A stretch of 36,912 nucleotides of DNA from contig DUPI01000053.1 of NCBI GenBank assembly GCA_012838395.1, positions 1-36,912 on the forward strand, written 5' to 3'. Below, piece after piece: positions 34,887 through 36,912 of this stretch (positions are counted from its first letter, which is position 1; every line of letters begins with the position of its first letter). Made by a program: the position numbers and the translations under genes. The stretch is from Mollicutes bacterium. GTDB lineage: Bacteria; Bacillota_I; Bacilli_A; RF39; UBA660. The notes beneath the pieces are model-generated. The model had not been told where the DNA came from, ran no database searches, and worked only from the letters and a program-made list of their open reading frames with translations.

Positions 34887-35075
34887 GTGGAAAAATATAA
34901 TAAACTTCGTAAAAGATTGTTTGATTTAAGAATAAAGCAATCTTTATCAAAATCAGAACATCAAGAGGAGTTATTACAAACAGAAAAAGAAATATTAGAT
35001 ATAAAAAAGGAAATGGCATCCTTAATGAGGGAATTTAACATAAATGAAAAAAATAAAGGAGGAAGAAAAAAATGA
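34887..35075 (+). CDS. small K/E-rich hypothetical protein (62 aa) between the T-box terminator and thrS
   Basis: GTG start with AAAGGAG SD at 7-nt spacing. 62 stop-free codons in very AT-rich DNA. The TGA overlaps the thrS ATG (ATGA). Confidence 0.55.
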   Translation: MEKYNKLRKRLFDLRIKQSLSKSEHQEELLQTEKEILDIKKEMASLMREFNINEKNKGGRKK

Positions 35076-36808
35076 TTAATGTAAAAGAAGATTTAAAACT
35101 AAATGTAATTAACCATAGTTGTGCTCATTTACTAGCGCACGCTGTTAAAAAATTATATCCCAATGCTTTGTTTTGGGTGGGACCAGTAATAGCAGAAGGA
35201 TTTTACTATGATATTGATTTAGGAGATGAAGTAATTACTGAAGATAAACTTGTTGATATTGAACGAGCAATGAAAAAAATTGTTAAAAGTAATAAACTTA
35301 TCAAACGTTTAGAATTAAGTAAAGAAGAAGCTCTTAAAATGTTTGAAAATGATCCCTATAAAATTGACTTAATAGAAAACATGGAAGAAGATGAAGTTAT
35401 ATCGGCTTATCAACAAGAAGATTTTATTGATTTGTGCAAGGGACCGCATGTCGAAAGTACCAAACAATTAAGACATTTTAAATTGTTAAAAGTTAGTGGT
35501 GCTTATTATAAGGGGGACTCTAAAAATAAAATGCTTCAAAGGATTTATGGCATTTGTTTTGAAACAGAAGAAGACTTAAATAAGCATTTAGAATGGTTAG
35601 AAGAAGCCAAAAAAAGAGATCATCGTAAACTAGGACGTGAGTTAGATTTATTCATGATTAGTGAATATGGTCCCGGCTTCCCATTTTGGTTACCTAAGGG
35701 AATGATTTTAAGAAAAAATTTAGAAGATTATTGGTATCAAGAACATACCAAAGAGGGATATAAATTTATTAATACTCCTATTATGTTAAATCGTGATTTA
35801 TGGGAAACTTCAGGTCATTGGCATAATTATAAAGAGAATATGTATACATCAGTGATTGATGAAAAAGAATTTGCTGTAAAGCCAATGAACTGTCCAGGGG
35901 GAATGTTAGTTTATAAAAACAGTTTACATTCTTATAAAGAGTTGCCACTGCGAATTGGTGAGTTAGGGCTAGTTCATCGTCATGAAGCCAGTGGGGCATT
36001 AAGCGGATTATTTAGAGTGCGTAATTTTACGCAAGATGATGCTCATTTATTTATGACAGAAGATCATATTGAAGAAGAAGTAATTAAATTAATTAATTTT
36101 ATTGATAGAGTATACAATGTCTTTAATCTAACTTACAGTATTGAATTATCAACCCGACCACTAGATAAATATATTGGTGAAGTTGCTACTTGGGATAAAG
36201 CAGAAGAGACTTTAAAAAAAGCCGTAATTAATGCTGGTAAAGAGTATAAATTAAATCCAGGAGATGGTGCTTTTTATGGTCCAAAACTTGATTTTAAAGT
36301 GACCGACTCACTAGGTCGTCCATGGCAATGTGGAACAATACAATTAGATATGCAAATGCCTGAACGTTTTGATTTAACTTATATTGATAAAGATGGTTCG
36401 AAAAAAAGACCAGTAATGCTTCATCGTGTTATTTATGGTTCAATGGAAAGATTTATCGGAGTTTTAATCGAACACTACGCTGGTGCATTTCCAACCTGGT
36501 TAAGCCCGGTTCAAGTAAACATTATTCCAGTTAATAGTGAATATCATTTAGAAGGAGCCAACAAAATATACGAACTACTTTTAAATAATAATATTCGAGT
36601 TGATTTAGATAAACGTGATGAAAAATTAAGTTATCGTATGCGTGAAAGCCAAGTTAAAAAATATCCATATTCAATTATTGTTGGTGATAAAGAAATAAAT
36701 GAAAATTTAATTAGTTATCGTAAATATGGAAGTAACAATACTGTCACGGTAAAACCAGATGAATTTATCAAAATGATTACGGATGAAATTAAAAGTAAAC
36801 ATGCTTAG
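35072..36808 (+). CDS. thrS: threonine--tRNA ligase lacking the N-terminal TGS domain
   Basis: 578 aa. Begins about 14 residues before the editing-site HSCAH motif. CKGPH, NCPGG, FTQDDAHLF and HRVIYGSMERF. AAGGAGG SD. Confidence 0.95.
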   Translation: MINVKEDLKLNVINHSCAHLLAHAVKKLYPNALFWVGPVIAEGFYYDIDLGDEVITEDKLVDIERAMKKIVKSNKLIKRLELSKEEALKMFENDPYKIDLIENMEEDEVISAYQQEDFIDLCKGPHVESTKQLRHFKLLKVSGAYYKGDSKNKMLQRIYGICFETEEDLNKHLEWLEEAKKRDHRKLGRELDLFMISEYGPGFPFWLPKGMILRKNLEDYWYQEHTKEGYKFINTPIMLNRDLWETSGHWHNYKENMYTSVIDEKEFAVKPMNCPGGMLVYKNSLHSYKELPLRIGELGLVHRHEASGALSGLFRVRNFTQDDAHLFMTEDHIEEEVIKLINFIDRVYNVFNLTYSIELSTRPLDKYIGEVATWDKAEETLKKAVINAGKEYKLNPGDGAFYGPKLDFKVTDSLGRPWQCGTIQLDMQMPERFDLTYIDKDGSKKRPVMLHRVIYGSMERFIGVLIEHYAGAFPTWLSPVQVNIIPVNSEYHLEGANKIYELLLNNNIRVDLDKRDEKLSYRMRESQVKKYPYSIIVGDKEINENLISYRKYGSNNTVTVKPDEFIKMITDEIKSKHA

Positions 36809-36826
36809 AAAAATAATTAAATTATT

Positions 36827-36856
36827 AAAAATCTACATAAGTTGTAGATTTTTTTG
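36827..36856 (+). terminator. rho-independent terminator after thrS
   Basis: AAAAATCTACA - TAAGT - TGTAGATTTTT followed by more T. Confidence 0.8.
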
Positions 36857-36912
36857 TAATATTTTTTAGTTGTCCTAATATAATATATTAGATATCACTA
36901 GGAGGGTAAATA

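Noticed and set aside
1-36912. Possibility of genetic code 4 (TGA read as Trp), given the Mollicute-like AT richness and the short ThrRS.
   Set aside because: The standard-code ORF track yields full-length UvrA, PyrG, GatA/B, ThrS and others with no internal TGA. Conserved Trp positions, such as SOD LYWQ and DLWEH, are TGG. TGA ends gatC, the yebC-family gene and the RNB-like gene at lengths expected for their families.
36860-36912. TATAAT-containing stretch and a strong AGGAGGG (36900-36906) at the right edge. This suggests the start of the next gene, plausibly infC by synteny, which often uses a non-ATG start.
   Set aside because: The start codon would lie at or beyond the window end, so no coding sequence is visible to support a call.
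1-36912. Scan for CRISPR repeats, tRNA or rRNA genes, IS or transposase, integrase or phage genes, and toxin-antitoxin pairs.
   Set aside because: No regularly spaced direct repeats were found, and no tRNA-like T-arm or acceptor patterns appear in the intergenic gaps. No ORF has transposase or recombinase motifs. The lone 73-aa XRE gene has no partner toxin ORF.

Overview
Strongly AT-rich, gene-dense chromosomal window with about 36 protein genes. I found no rRNA, tRNA, CRISPR array or recognisable mobile element. The source looks like a walled low-GC Bacillota-type bacterium using the standard genetic code: every long conserved ORF is free of in-frame TGA, and conserved Trp positions are TGG. 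Content is mostly core housekeeping with Bacillus-like micro-synteny: sodA, a class B PBP, rpmG, efp; camS-gatCAB; ltaS; uppS-cdsA-rseP without dxr; pyrG; uvrA; deoD; a YmfF/YmfH-type M16 peptidase pair; secG; yidD; rnc; yebC; an XRE regulator; dnaB-dnaI; and a T-box-controlled thrS. There is no obvious defence island or accessory cassette. The items worth a second look are mostly conserved folds whose catalytic or ligand residues have been replaced. (1) A 633-aa protein tightly linked to dnaB-dnaI combines a novel helical N-terminal half with a divergent RNase II/R (RNB) domain whose Asp motif is altered. (2) The CTP synthase glutaminase triad is abolished (Cys379 to Asp, His to Arg). (3) A three-gene membrane module is centred on a tandem-SBP receptor with a degenerate SGNEF GGDEF domain. 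(4) A well-signalled 62-codon ORF sits between the T-box terminator and a TGS-less thrS. (5) A TroA/ZnuA-fold lipoprotein lacks the canonical His ligands and is start/stop-coupled to yidD. Two loci look like decaying genes: a HAD-like ORF split by a frameshift, and two ORFs upstream of uvrA separated by one in-frame TAA. All functional calls come from reading motifs by eye; no database search was run.
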